From NCBI GenBank assembly GCA_964473105.1, contig CAYYNQ010000042.1, positions 58,507-122,506 on the forward strand: a DNA stretch of 64,000 nucleotides, given 5' to 3'. The stretch comes from an uncultured Candidatus Sumerlaeota bacterium. Lineage in GTDB: Bacteria; Sumerlaeota; Sumerlaeia; MVZB01. Numbering within the stretch: the first letter of the stretch is position 1; each line of letters starts with the position of its first letter. Made by a program: the position numbers and the translations under genes. Below are positions 1-9,696 of this stretch, in pieces. Below the pieces are notes generated by a model. That model saw only the letters and a program-made list of their open reading frames with translations, was not told the DNA's origin and did not search any database.

Positions 1-21
1 GGCGGGAATACCCGAAAAACC

Positions 22-564
22 ATGGATAAGGAATCACTGCTGTCCATTGGACGACCCCAGAAAATCTGCCTCAATTGTAAAAACCCTATTGATGTCATCG
101 AGAGGCATCCCAGTACACTTCGGAAAAATCCGGAAGGGATGGGTATTGAACGTCAGGATTATTGCCCTGATTGTTGGAAGCATTTGAAGGATGATATTTA
201 TGAGTCCTTCTGGATTACAAAGCGTGATCCTTTGAGCCGGAAGATACCCAAGATGTCGCGCCGTGAAAGGAGTACGGCGATTCGGGCATTATTTGAGTCA
301 GTCTGGGAACGACGTGAGTCAGGTGATATGGACGGACACTTGTTTTTACTAGCCCATTTACTGATGAAATGGGGTGGCCTGAAATGGAAAAAAAACCAGA
401 CGGATGAAGGCGGTCAGGAGTATGTTTTTTTTGAGGATCCAGCGTCTGGGGATGTCATTGAAATTAAGTCTATTGAGGTCCAGGATGAACGTATCCTTTC
501 TATACGGTCTGAAATAGAAAGCTTTTTACAGGAATTCTCCCCCGAATCCGAAGCTGTCCTTTAA
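22..564 (+). CDS. Hypothetical protein with two CxxC pairs (putative zinc-binding)
   Basis: 180-aa ORF with CLNC...CPDCW; ends 10 bp before the next gene on the same strand. Confidence 0.75.
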   Translation: MDKESLLSIGRPQKICLNCKNPIDVIERHPSTLRKNPEGMGIERQDYCPDCWKHLKDDIYESFWITKRDPLSRKIPKMSRRERSTAIRALFESVWERRESGDMDGHLFLLAHLLMKWGGLKWKKNQTDEGGQEYVFFEDPASGDVIEIKSIEVQDERILSIRSEIESFLQEFSPESEAVL

Positions 565-574
565 TTCCGCAACC

Positions 575-1780
575 ATGCAGAAACCATCCATATTGCAGCT
601 TTGCGCTGTTGATTTCTCGGCATGGAATTTTTTAATGCCACTTATGGAGGCCCAGCGTCGCGCAGGGTTCGAAGTCAGTGTCGCTTGCTCGGGAAATCAG
701 TATTCTGAAATGATTTGTAATTCCGGGTTCAAGTTATATCCCATTCCGTTTAAAAGAAGTTATAATTTATTCGCGCATTATACAGCATACCGTCACTTAA
801 GAAGATTGTTCACAAGCGAAAAATTTACAATTGTTCATACTCACACACCCATTGCATCCATTATAGGGCGTTACGCTGCACAGAGGAGCAAGGTACCGGT
901 GATCCTTTATACCGCTCACGGGTTTTATTTCCATGACGACATGAAACCCTGGATGAAGATATTTCATGTCATCATGGAACGTAGGGCACAAAAAAATTGT
1001 GATTTCCTGTTTACCCAGAGTCGTGAGGATTACCAATCAGCCATCACAAACAATATTGCCCCCAAAGGGTGTATCCAGGCGATTGGCAATGGTGTAAACC
1101 TGAATAAATTTCATCCTTTGGTCAAATATTCTGACAACCAGAAATCTTTGAGAAACGAGGTTGGATTGAGGCCCGATATAGGTCCCATTATCATTTTGAT
1201 CGGGAGACTTGTCAGGGAAAAGGGTTACCATGAATTCTTCCGGGCATTTGCCTCAATTTCAGTCAACTATCCAAAGGCGCACGCGGTTGTGGTTGGTATG
1301 GCCTTGCCTAGTGATCACGATGCTTGTGCCACAGATATCCATTGTTTAGTTGAGAAATTGAATATCCAGGACAGGATATCATTTTTGGGGATGAGGCAGG
1401 ATGTACACCGGTTAATGGCTCTGGGTGATATCTATTGTTTACCGTCATGGAGGGAGGGTATGCCGCGGTCAATCATTGAGGCCATGGCGACTGGAATACC
1501 TGTTATTGCGACAGATATCCGAGGAAGTCGTGAATTGGTGGTGCATGGTGTGACCGGTTTACTGTCTCCCGTCCGTGATCATAATAAACTGGTAGCATCC
1601 ATGGATATCCTTATGCGTGATGTTGAAATGAGGAAGAGGATGGGGGAAGCCGGAAGAAGGCGCGCGGTGGAATATTATGATGAAAGAATTGTCATCAAAG
1701 AACAGTTGGATCGCATGAAAGTAATACTTGCTGAGAAGGGGATCAGGTGGCCTAGGATCGATCATGATAACAAATTGTAG
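575..1780 (+). CDS. Glycosyltransferase family 4 (GT-B)
   Basis: HTHTP, YTAHGFYF, IGRLVREKG and the C-terminal PSWREGMPRSIIEAMATG signature. Confidence 0.93.
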   Translation: MQKPSILQLCAVDFSAWNFLMPLMEAQRRAGFEVSVACSGNQYSEMICNSGFKLYPIPFKRSYNLFAHYTAYRHLRRLFTSEKFTIVHTHTPIASIIGRYAAQRSKVPVILYTAHGFYFHDDMKPWMKIFHVIMERRAQKNCDFLFTQSREDYQSAITNNIAPKGCIQAIGNGVNLNKFHPLVKYSDNQKSLRNEVGLRPDIGPIIILIGRLVREKGYHEFFRAFASISVNYPKAHAVVVGMALPSDHDACATDIHCLVEKLNIQDRISFLGMRQDVHRLMALGDIYCLPSWREGMPRSIIEAMATGIPVIATDIRGSRELVVHGVTGLLSPVRDHNKLVASMDILMRDVEMRKRMGEAGRRRAVEYYDERIVIKEQLDRMKVILAEKGIRWPRIDHDNKL

Positions 1781-2165
1781 CGGATATGGAGGGGGAGTCA
1801 TTGTGATAGATCACTGATTATCAAGCAGGATAAACATGAAGATATGCTGGTTTATGGCTTGCTTTCCCAATGAATTATTTTCCAATTGATGAAAAATAAA
1901 ATCTCTCGTTTCCCAACACAAGAATCTTCTTGGTAATTATGTGAAAACCCATAAAAATGAGAATGTCTAAAAGTGTACCCACAGGTTCATGTTAGTTGTG
2001 AATTCAATGTGTAAAAATATCAATATCCCCGATAACAAAGGTCCATATGCATTTTGGACGGCATCGGTGGTGTCAGTATTTCATGATTGAAAACTATTTG
2101 TAGGATCAGGTAATCTCGACCAATAGACATCCTGCATAAATTATGATCTTTTTGTGTGGGCCCCT

Positions 2166-3626
2166 ATGCATAAAAAACAACCGGATCCATGCCCTATGTC
2201 GGAAAGTATACCAACACCCGTTGCCGTCAAAATGCCACAGAACCTTGAAGCGGAACGAGCGCTGCTTGGCAGTTTGATCATGGACAACCGTCTTGTTGAA
2301 GTTGTCCTTGATGTCTTTCCGGGAAGCACAGTTCAACAGGCGATGTCGAGGCAGAAGTTGAAACATGGCCTGCCGGAAGTGGAACCGGTTTTTTTTAGCG
2401 CCTCACACCAGATTATCTTTGGTGCAGTGTGCCGGATTTATGAGGTACACGGTGAAATCACATTGGTCACATTATCAGAAGAACTCATGCAGTGTGGTCA
2501 GCTAGATTCGGTCGGTGGTGCCTCTTACTTGGCGGAACTGTTGGATGATATCTTTGCGTTGGAACAGGTCAATGATCTAGCGGTCATTGTACTCGAGAAA
2601 TGGCGACTGCGTTCCCTGATCAGGGCATCCCTGAAGATTGCAAATGAAGCATCTGGTTCGGATAAACCAACAGAAGAGCTCATTGGCGAGGCCGAGAAAA
2701 GCATCTTTAACATATCCCTGAACAGTCAGGATACAGGATTCAATCAGGTCCGCAAACCCATGATGGACCTGCTTACGGAGATTGAGCAGCGTTCCAAGAA
2801 GGGTAATGATCTACCGGGCATCGAGACGGGTTTCAAGGGATTTGACGCGAAGACCGGGGGTTTGCGTGATGGTGAAATGACCGTTATCGCGGCACGACCC
2901 TCCATGGGGAAATCAGCGTTCGTATTGAATATCGCGTCATATGTTGCACTTCGCCAGAAACGTCCTGTTGGGATATTTTCACTGGAAATGTCGGAAAAAT
3001 CATTGCTCACACGCCTAGTATGCACGGAATCAGGTGTTTCCATGTCCCGTGTCAACCACGGAAAATCACTGAGGCGTGATGAAATCGAGGCGTTGAGTGA
3101 AGCTTCATCCAGAATTTATGATGCACCGTTGCACATTGATGACTCGACTAGCCTCTCAATATTTGAAATGCAAACCCGTGCACGTCGATTGAAGGGCCAA
3201 TGCCCGGATCTTGCCCTCCTGATCGTGGATTATATGCAACTGATGCGTGGTGGAGGATCTCGTTATGACAGCCGCCAGCAGGAGGTCAGTGAAATATCCC
3301 GGTCCATCAAAGGTATAGCCGGCGAGTTGGATATTCCGGTAATAGCACTCAGTCAACTCAGCCGTCAGGTTGAACAGCGTCGTGGGAAGAACGAGAAACT
3401 TCCAAGGCTAAGCGATCTTCGAGAATCCGGTGCCATTGAACAGGATGCAGATATTGTTGCATTCATCCACCGCGAGCAGACACCGGAACAAATCACCGGG
3501 GGGCAGCATGAACAAGTTGAGGAAGCCATCCTTTCAATTGCCAAGCAGCGGAATGGTGAAACCGGGATCATCAATCTTCTTTTCCGTGGGCATATTACAC
3601 TGTTTGTCGATCCCGCCCGGGGATGA
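2166..3626 (+). CDS. dnaB: Replicative DNA helicase DnaB
   Basis: PQNLEAERALLG N-terminus, Walker A AARPSMGKS, VDYMQLM, LSQLSR, LSDLRESGAIEQDAD, IAKQRNG; start ambiguous (GTG 2154, ATG 2166 or ATG 2196). Confidence 0.97.
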   Translation: MHKKQPDPCPMSESIPTPVAVKMPQNLEAERALLGSLIMDNRLVEVVLDVFPGSTVQQAMSRQKLKHGLPEVEPVFFSASHQIIFGAVCRIYEVHGEITLVTLSEELMQCGQLDSVGGASYLAELLDDIFALEQVNDLAVIVLEKWRLRSLIRASLKIANEASGSDKPTEELIGEAEKSIFNISLNSQDTGFNQVRKPMMDLLTEIEQRSKKGNDLPGIETGFKGFDAKTGGLRDGEMTVIAARPSMGKSAFVLNIASYVALRQKRPVGIFSLEMSEKSLLTRLVCTESGVSMSRVNHGKSLRRDEIEALSEASSRIYDAPLHIDDSTSLSIFEMQTRARRLKGQCPDLALLIVDYMQLMRGGGSRYDSRQQEVSEISRSIKGIAGELDIPVIALSQLSRQVEQRRGKNEKLPRLSDLRESGAIEQDADIVAFIHREQTPEQITGGQHEQVEEAILSIAKQRNGETGIINLLFRGHITLFVDPARG

Positions 3627-3774
3627 TCCTTCCCTGGAATCCGTATTGGGGATATCATTCTTTGGCACCATATCTTAAACCACTTTCAGTAACAATGGAT
3701 TCACCCCGGATTTATGAACATAATTCATGGGCGACCGTTCAGGGTCATGATCAGGCTTTCTGTCGACAGAAAGG

Positions 3775-4428
3775 ATGAGCCAGTCAACCATGCCGGATGA
3801 CCGACAAAACAAGGATGCCCCCAGATCGGATCTCAGGCGATGTGACCTTGACCCTGACCCGTTAAACCAATTCCGATTTTGGTTCGGAGAAGCCCGAGTC
3901 CATGAACCGAACTTGCCGGAAGCCATGGTGCTGGTAACCATAGGCAGCGGGGGTTACCCGCAATCTCGGGTGGTGCTTCTCAAAGGTTATGATGAACGTG
4001 GATTTGAATTTTATACTAACTATAAAAGCCACAAGGCTGTTGAACTGGGAATCACCCCCGCAGCATCCCTGTTGTTCCATTGGAAGGAATTGCAGCGTCA
4101 GGTCAGGATACAGGGTCCGGCGGAAAAAATATCGGCCGAGGAGACGCGTCAATACTTCCAGACACGTCCCCGAGGCAGCCAGCTTGGTACATGGGCTTCT
4201 CATCAGAGTCGTGTAATCAACAACCGAGATGAACTTGAGGCGGCATTGCGCAGTTATGAACACCGGTATCACGGTCGACCGGTTCCCACCCCACCCTTCT
4301 GGGGTGGTTATAGAGTCAGGCTTGAAACCGTGGAATTCTGGCAGGGAAGACAAAACCGTCTGCACGACCGGTTCTTCTATCGCCGGGATGCAAGACAGGG
4401 ATGGATAATCGAGAGACTGGCCCCGTAA
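3775..4428 (+). CDS. pdxH: Pyridoxamine 5'-phosphate oxidase
   Basis: RVVLLK, FYTNYKSHK, RPRGSQLG, EFWQGRQNRLHDR, ends ERLAP. Confidence 0.96.
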   Translation: MSQSTMPDDRQNKDAPRSDLRRCDLDPDPLNQFRFWFGEARVHEPNLPEAMVLVTIGSGGYPQSRVVLLKGYDERGFEFYTNYKSHKAVELGITPAASLLFHWKELQRQVRIQGPAEKISAEETRQYFQTRPRGSQLGTWASHQSRVINNRDELEAALRSYEHRYHGRPVPTPPFWGGYRVRLETVEFWQGRQNRLHDRFFYRRDARQGWIIERLAP

Positions 4429-4571
4429 CTGGTGCGGTTAAATTTAGTATACGCCAAAGACCTCTTACCGAGTTCCGAAGAGTTCCAAAACTGGACTGAT
4501 CCATGTCGTTGATATTCTCGCATAATGTATTGTTATGGCCCAGCCAGTCTATAGGGCTTATTTCAGGTTGA

Positions 4572-7094
4572 TTACAATGTGTTCTGTTCTCGTTTCAGTT
4601 CGTATCCGCGCAGGTTGATGCGCTGGTAACGGCGTTCACCGTATTCGGCGGGATAGAAATGCATCAGCCACAACGGCATGCGGCCCATCTTAGCCTGCTG
4701 GAGGTTACTCATAATACGGATAGAATCAAAGGATTTATCCGCATGAAATGTCAGGCTGAATGAGCCTATTTTCTTAGAATCAACACGGACAGAACCTACA
4801 GGCTTGTTGGGGGAATGCGGGAGGTAAACCTGGATTTCCGGCCAGTTGAACTCCCGGGAAGTGACTGATGTGATCGGAGTAGCGTCCGAAGTCAGGGTCA
4901 AAGTGTAACGTCCCGCATTTGACCCCGGAGTGGACAACAGATAACCCAATTTGGCGGCCATAAAGCTCGGTTCATAACCCTCGACAATCATATCCTTGTA
5001 ATGCAGGGCATCACGCCACAGAATTTTGGAATTGTCATGGTAAAGTGGCCAAGCATCAATAAAGGAGGCTGAAATCTTGTCCGGTGCATGATCCACGTTG
5101 GGGGAACAATTGATAACAAGCGGCAGTGGGACAGGTTTGGGTGTAACCACACCCCACTCGTTTGCCCTGACCGGGAAATAGTATACATAATAGGTTCCTG
5201 ATGGAAAATTGGGTGGCAGCTCCAAAGTGTATCGAGCTGCAAATGGGTGAGATTCCGGGATACACAGGACCGCCCTGGTGTTCAGTGTCAAGCCGCCTTT
5301 TCTGACCGGCATCGGAACCATTTGTTTCCAGTCATGGTGCATTGTATATAGCGCAGCAAGCCGGTAATTTTCAGGATTGTCCCAGAGAATTTCAAGAGAG
5401 AATCTGTCACCGGGCGAAACATTCAACATCTGATTTTGAAAATTAGCATCAGACCGCATGACACGTATTTTGTTGATTTTCAACCCATCATGCTGGGTAT
5501 CCGGTTTGGGTATCAGGGTCATGAATTTACTGTCGGAAATATTGATGGGCCGTTCTAATTGACTACTTACAACCAGACCCCCGAATTCCCCGGGTAGACT
5601 TGCCCAGTCAACCCAGCTTCTGGAAAGAGTCTTCAGGGTATCGACACTGTAGCGGTCCAGCGTATAATGACTGGAGGCATATCCCGGCATGTAATCCTTC
5701 TGGATCAAAACACGCATGTCTGGAAACGCCCGGTTGATGAAATAACCCAGCGAACCAGTCCCATCAGCGGTCGAAATCCTTGACGGTCGTGGTTCTAGCC
5801 GATTGACAACTTGGGCTGGCTGGATCAACTCCCCACGCAGATTGTCCACACGGTTGAACTGTGGCCCCAAAGGGCTCAACAGCACAATGAAAGCCATCAG
5901 CAGCAGGGAACCTGTTACCCAGCCTGCCGACTGACGCCAACCAGAATACAAGGTCCCCGGGAAACGGATAATGTTATTTGAAGCAGGAAGCTCCAGTAGC
6001 AACATGGCTCCGTAAGTCGCAAGAATCATCCCGGGCAGAATCAGGTGTGAAAAATTATAAATATTCAGGTTGTTTAAAGGATAGAGAATGGCAATGCAGA
6101 ACAGGAATGTGATCCGGTAAAACCAGGGCGCGACAAACAGGCCAAGGAAACAAAGACACACGCCAGGAAAAGTCAGCATTAAAAAACAACGGCCAATATA
6201 TGTCCGTTGCCAGATATCACCATGCATAAAAGCGCCAGCTTCAGTTGAATGAACCGTATATTTCATGCTGTAACTGTCATATATTCGGAAAGGATTCACT
6301 TCCTGAAGCCAGAAGACCATAAATAATATAATCATGCCGAGGAATCCGAAAATGATTTTCCATTTTGTTTTCAATCCTTTTGTAAACAGAAAATAAATGG
6401 CCATTGACGGAAGCCAGATCAGGGATGGGATTTTCCCCATCACGGAGAGACCCATCAAGATGATACAGATGAACCATGTTCGTTTCACCGCCGGTCGACG
6501 CTGGGCGATCCAGAAAAAACCGACCATTGCTGCCTGGCATGCAAGCGTCAGGGGTTCGGTTGTAATCATGCGAGAGAGTTCAACATGATAGGGGTTCAGC
6601 GCCATGGCGGCCATCATAATCAGTGCTCCCAGATAACGGCGCTGCACGGAAACACCCTGATCTCCAAGGGTGTAATAACCGATCATGGGTGTGATGGCAA
6701 CGGTCAGCAGGCCAAAAAAGAGGCTGAATATTCTTGCAAGAGTCCAGATTTCACATCTGAACCATTCACACATCACGCTGTTGTTCGCAACCAGCCAAGG
6801 AAGCATGCGTAACTCAAGCCATTCACCCCTGAAATCAAGAATACTTTCACCTCCGATCATCTTTTCAATGATCAGGGTGTTACTTTTCTGACGATCGGAT
6901 GGAAAATCGATGGGTGGCATATCAAGGTGTTGAAACCTTGACACGAAACCTGTCAGCAACAGCATAATGAACCCGGCCCAAAACAAGACCCGTGAAACAC
7001 GCATGAATGGTGACATAGTATGCATGTCATCATCAGGTATTGTTGGGGGGATATCAACAGAGCCGGATCCGGATAATTTATTTATTGGACTCAT
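4572..7094 (-). CDS. Polytopic membrane protein, probable GT-C (ArnT/PMT, GT39/GT83-like) glycosyltransferase with a large soluble C-terminal region
   Basis: About 11-13 hydrophobic segments in the first ~410 aa; LARIFSLFFG, LNPYHVELSRMITTEP and MGKIP patterns typical of ArnT-like proteins. Confidence 0.65.
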   Translation of the reverse strand: MSPINKLSGSGSVDIPPTIPDDDMHTMSPFMRVSRVLFWAGFIMLLLTGFVSRFQHLDMPPIDFPSDRQKSNTLIIEKMIGGESILDFRGEWLELRMLPWLVANNSVMCEWFRCEIWTLARIFSLFFGLLTVAITPMIGYYTLGDQGVSVQRRYLGALIMMAAMALNPYHVELSRMITTEPLTLACQAAMVGFFWIAQRRPAVKRTWFICIILMGLSVMGKIPSLIWLPSMAIYFLFTKGLKTKWKIIFGFLGMIILFMVFWLQEVNPFRIYDSYSMKYTVHSTEAGAFMHGDIWQRTYIGRCFLMLTFPGVCLCFLGLFVAPWFYRITFLFCIAILYPLNNLNIYNFSHLILPGMILATYGAMLLLELPASNNIIRFPGTLYSGWRQSAGWVTGSLLLMAFIVLLSPLGPQFNRVDNLRGELIQPAQVVNRLEPRPSRISTADGTGSLGYFINRAFPDMRVLIQKDYMPGYASSHYTLDRYSVDTLKTLSRSWVDWASLPGEFGGLVVSSQLERPINISDSKFMTLIPKPDTQHDGLKINKIRVMRSDANFQNQMLNVSPGDRFSLEILWDNPENYRLAALYTMHHDWKQMVPMPVRKGGLTLNTRAVLCIPESHPFAARYTLELPPNFPSGTYYVYYFPVRANEWGVVTPKPVPLPLVINCSPNVDHAPDKISASFIDAWPLYHDNSKILWRDALHYKDMIVEGYEPSFMAAKLGYLLSTPGSNAGRYTLTLTSDATPITSVTSREFNWPEIQVYLPHSPNKPVGSVRVDSKKIGSFSLTFHADKSFDSIRIMSNLQQAKMGRMPLWLMHFYPAEYGERRYQRINLRGYELKREQNTL

Positions 7095-7286
7095 GTGTTC
7101 TCCCCATAAACACGGTTGCTCCCAACTTATAACTCTCTGGAAATATCCATTTTATCATGGCATTATTCATTCACCACAAAATAATCAGGCATGCCGTTCC
7201 AAACATGTGCCCGCCTGTGCAGTAACCCATCATGATGAACGCTTGCCCTAAACTTGGAGAACTGTAAAATATGGGCGAAGTAAATA

Positions 7287-8585
7287 TTGTCCATTACCAG
7301 AATTCTTGAAGCAGCTGGTGGATGCATCCCCTCAAACGAAGGGTATAGGCAGGCAATGATACAGGGATTAGTATTGGCTTTGATTGGGCTGGTAATCAGC
7401 CCGATTTGGCATCAGTATCAACCGACAACGGCTTATCTTGGTTACCTTGTCGGGCTGGGTTTCGTTGGAACAGGGGTCTTCGTCCAGTTTACTGACCTGC
7501 TTCTGACAATCCGGAGGCAGCGTATCACCGGAGGGACAAAACGCTCGATTCAAGCTTGTCTCTCAATTCTTGTCCTGTTTACCTTTTACCTATTCATGGA
7601 ATTATCGGCAATCATATGGATTCAGTTTTCCGGGAGTCGTGACGGTCTCCGCGAATTTCGCTCGGCCTATCTAAACGAAAAGATGCACCAATTCATCCCC
7701 CACCCATTCTTGTCTTATGTCAGTAACCCGGAATTAGGGAGGGTAAATAAATACGGTTTCAACGGTCGCGACTGGAGCATGGACAGGAAACCCGGGGAAA
7801 TCAAGATCGCATGTATTGGGGGGTCAACAACGGCGGATGGTTATCCGGAAAAGCTCGAGAAACAGCTTGCCAGGAAATTTCCCGACAAACGGATTACCGT
7901 CATGAACTTTGGGACCTCAGGCTGGACAAGTGCACACTGCCTGGTTAATTACGTGCTGAACGTCAGGCATTTCGATCCGAATTATGTCGTGTTTCATCAG
8001 GGTGCCAACGATTACAAGGCCACATGGCGGAGTGGTTACCGTACAGACTACAGCCATGCTTTCAGGTCGCTGGATAACCCGTCGCTGCCGGTCGACTGGC
8101 CGCTAGTTCGATACATGAATAGCTATGCGGTGCTTAAATGGAAATATTTCGAGTGGAAAGGCTGGCCTGCCGGCCCGGAACTAAACCAATTAATGATGCA
8201 GGATGCGGATCCGAAAAGGCATGTGCAGAAGGAATTGCTGCGTATCACGGACATCTATTCTGATAATATCCATGCCCTTATACGTCTTGCGCTTGATGAC
8301 GGTGCAGCGGTCATCATGATGACCCAACCTTATTCAAGAGGGAACCTGAATTGGGGGGAAAGCTTTATTCCCTACATGGAACGAATTAATGCCGCAATCC
8401 TCACATGCTCGGTAAAATTCCAGATTCCATGGGTCGACCTGGACAGCAGCCTGAAAGGAAAGGAGGAAAATTTCAAGGATCCGCTCCATCTGGTCGACAA
8501 AGCGGTTGCCTTGAAGGCAGGCAAGGTTGCGACTGTCATCAAAAGAATCATGCCCAATGACCAAAATAAAAAAGGCGAACCCTGA
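7287..8585 (+). CDS. Membrane-anchored SGNH/GDSL hydrolase family protein
   Basis: Three N-terminal TM segments; SGNH blocks IGGSTT, NFGTSG, GAND, DPLH; start may be ATG 7356. Confidence 0.8.
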   Translation: MSITRILEAAGGCIPSNEGYRQAMIQGLVLALIGLVISPIWHQYQPTTAYLGYLVGLGFVGTGVFVQFTDLLLTIRRQRITGGTKRSIQACLSILVLFTFYLFMELSAIIWIQFSGSRDGLREFRSAYLNEKMHQFIPHPFLSYVSNPELGRVNKYGFNGRDWSMDRKPGEIKIACIGGSTTADGYPEKLEKQLARKFPDKRITVMNFGTSGWTSAHCLVNYVLNVRHFDPNYVVFHQGANDYKATWRSGYRTDYSHAFRSLDNPSLPVDWPLVRYMNSYAVLKWKYFEWKGWPAGPELNQLMMQDADPKRHVQKELLRITDIYSDNIHALIRLALDDGAAVIMMTQPYSRGNLNWGESFIPYMERINAAILTCSVKFQIPWVDLDSSLKGKEENFKDPLHLVDKAVALKAGKVATVIKRIMPNDQNKKGEP

Positions 8586-8633
8586 CACAGGATCGGGCCA
8601 TTCGACACTGACGCCGATTGTGATGAAATTGAT

Positions 8634-9659
8634 ATGCAGTATGAATCTATTGGATCCTCGATATTGAAGGCATCCCGTATTTGGTTTGGCGCATGGGCTG
8701 CAGGAGGCTGGAACTGGGGGGGATCGAGTGAGAAGAAATCAATTCGTGCCATCCATGCCGCTCTTGCCGCGGGCGTGAATGCCATCGATACAGCGCCCAT
8801 TTATGGTTTTGGCCGTTCCGAGGAGATCATAGGCAGGGCAGTTAAGGATCGCCGCGATGAAGTTATCATCGCAACAAAATTTGGATTGAACTGGGAAACT
8901 GACGAGGGTTGTTCCGCGTTCAGATCGACCCGGCAAATGATTGACCGGAAAAACGGGAATATTGTGGTTCGTACGTGTCTATCACCATCCTTCCTGCGTA
9001 CTGAATTGGAAAATAGCCTTAGGCGCTTAAAGATCGGGACAATCGATCTTTATCAGTTACATTATCCGGATCGATCCACACCTATCGAGGACGTAATGGC
9101 CGAGCTTCTTGCAATGAAGGAGGAGGGAAAAATCAGGGCGATTGGTATGTGTAATCTGAACAGTGCCCGGCTGGATCATTATTGTACGCTGGGTGAAATT
9201 GTCTCGATACAGCAACATTACAGCATGCTGGACTGTCGAGCAGGTAAGGATACCCTGGAATGGTGTGTTCAGCATAGGGCATCCATGATGGCATACTCAC
9301 CCATGGAATGCGGGTTATTAACATGTAGGTTTTTGCCCGACCATAAATTTCGCAAGGGTGATTACCGCGCGACAATGCCGCTTTTCGGCTCCGAGAGGAT
9401 TGGCAGGCTTGAAATTGTCTTCAAGACGCTTCAGGAAATCGCTGAGGACCATGGATCAACGGCGGCACAGGTGTCTTTGGCCTGGACCCTGGCGCAGGAG
9501 GGGGTTGGACATGTTCTTGCGGGGATTCGCAACGAGAAACAGGCCCTTGAAAATGCCGCTGCCGCCGACCTGGTTTTGACGGATCGTCAGATCACCCGCG
9601 TGAATACGTCTGTGGAGAAGTATATTCAGATTGAAAGAGAGGCAGCCCATGCGCAATAA
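8634..9659 (+). CDS. Aldo/keto reductase
   Basis: IDTAPIYGFGRSEE, IATKFG, SLRRL..IDLYQLHYPD, EGKIRAIG, YSPM. Confidence 0.95.
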   Translation: MQYESIGSSILKASRIWFGAWAAGGWNWGGSSEKKSIRAIHAALAAGVNAIDTAPIYGFGRSEEIIGRAVKDRRDEVIIATKFGLNWETDEGCSAFRSTRQMIDRKNGNIVVRTCLSPSFLRTELENSLRRLKIGTIDLYQLHYPDRSTPIEDVMAELLAMKEEGKIRAIGMCNLNSARLDHYCTLGEIVSIQQHYSMLDCRAGKDTLEWCVQHRASMMAYSPMECGLLTCRFLPDHKFRKGDYRATMPLFGSERIGRLEIVFKTLQEIAEDHGSTAAQVSLAWTLAQEGVGHVLAGIRNEKQALENAAAADLVLTDRQITRVNTSVEKYIQIEREAAHAQ

Positions 9660-9696
9660 CCAACGGGGCAGAAAGGAATAACTCAATACATGGGGA

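Noticed and set aside
2166-3626. Intein in DnaB
   Set aside because: Length is normal, helicase motifs are contiguous and there are no splicing motifs
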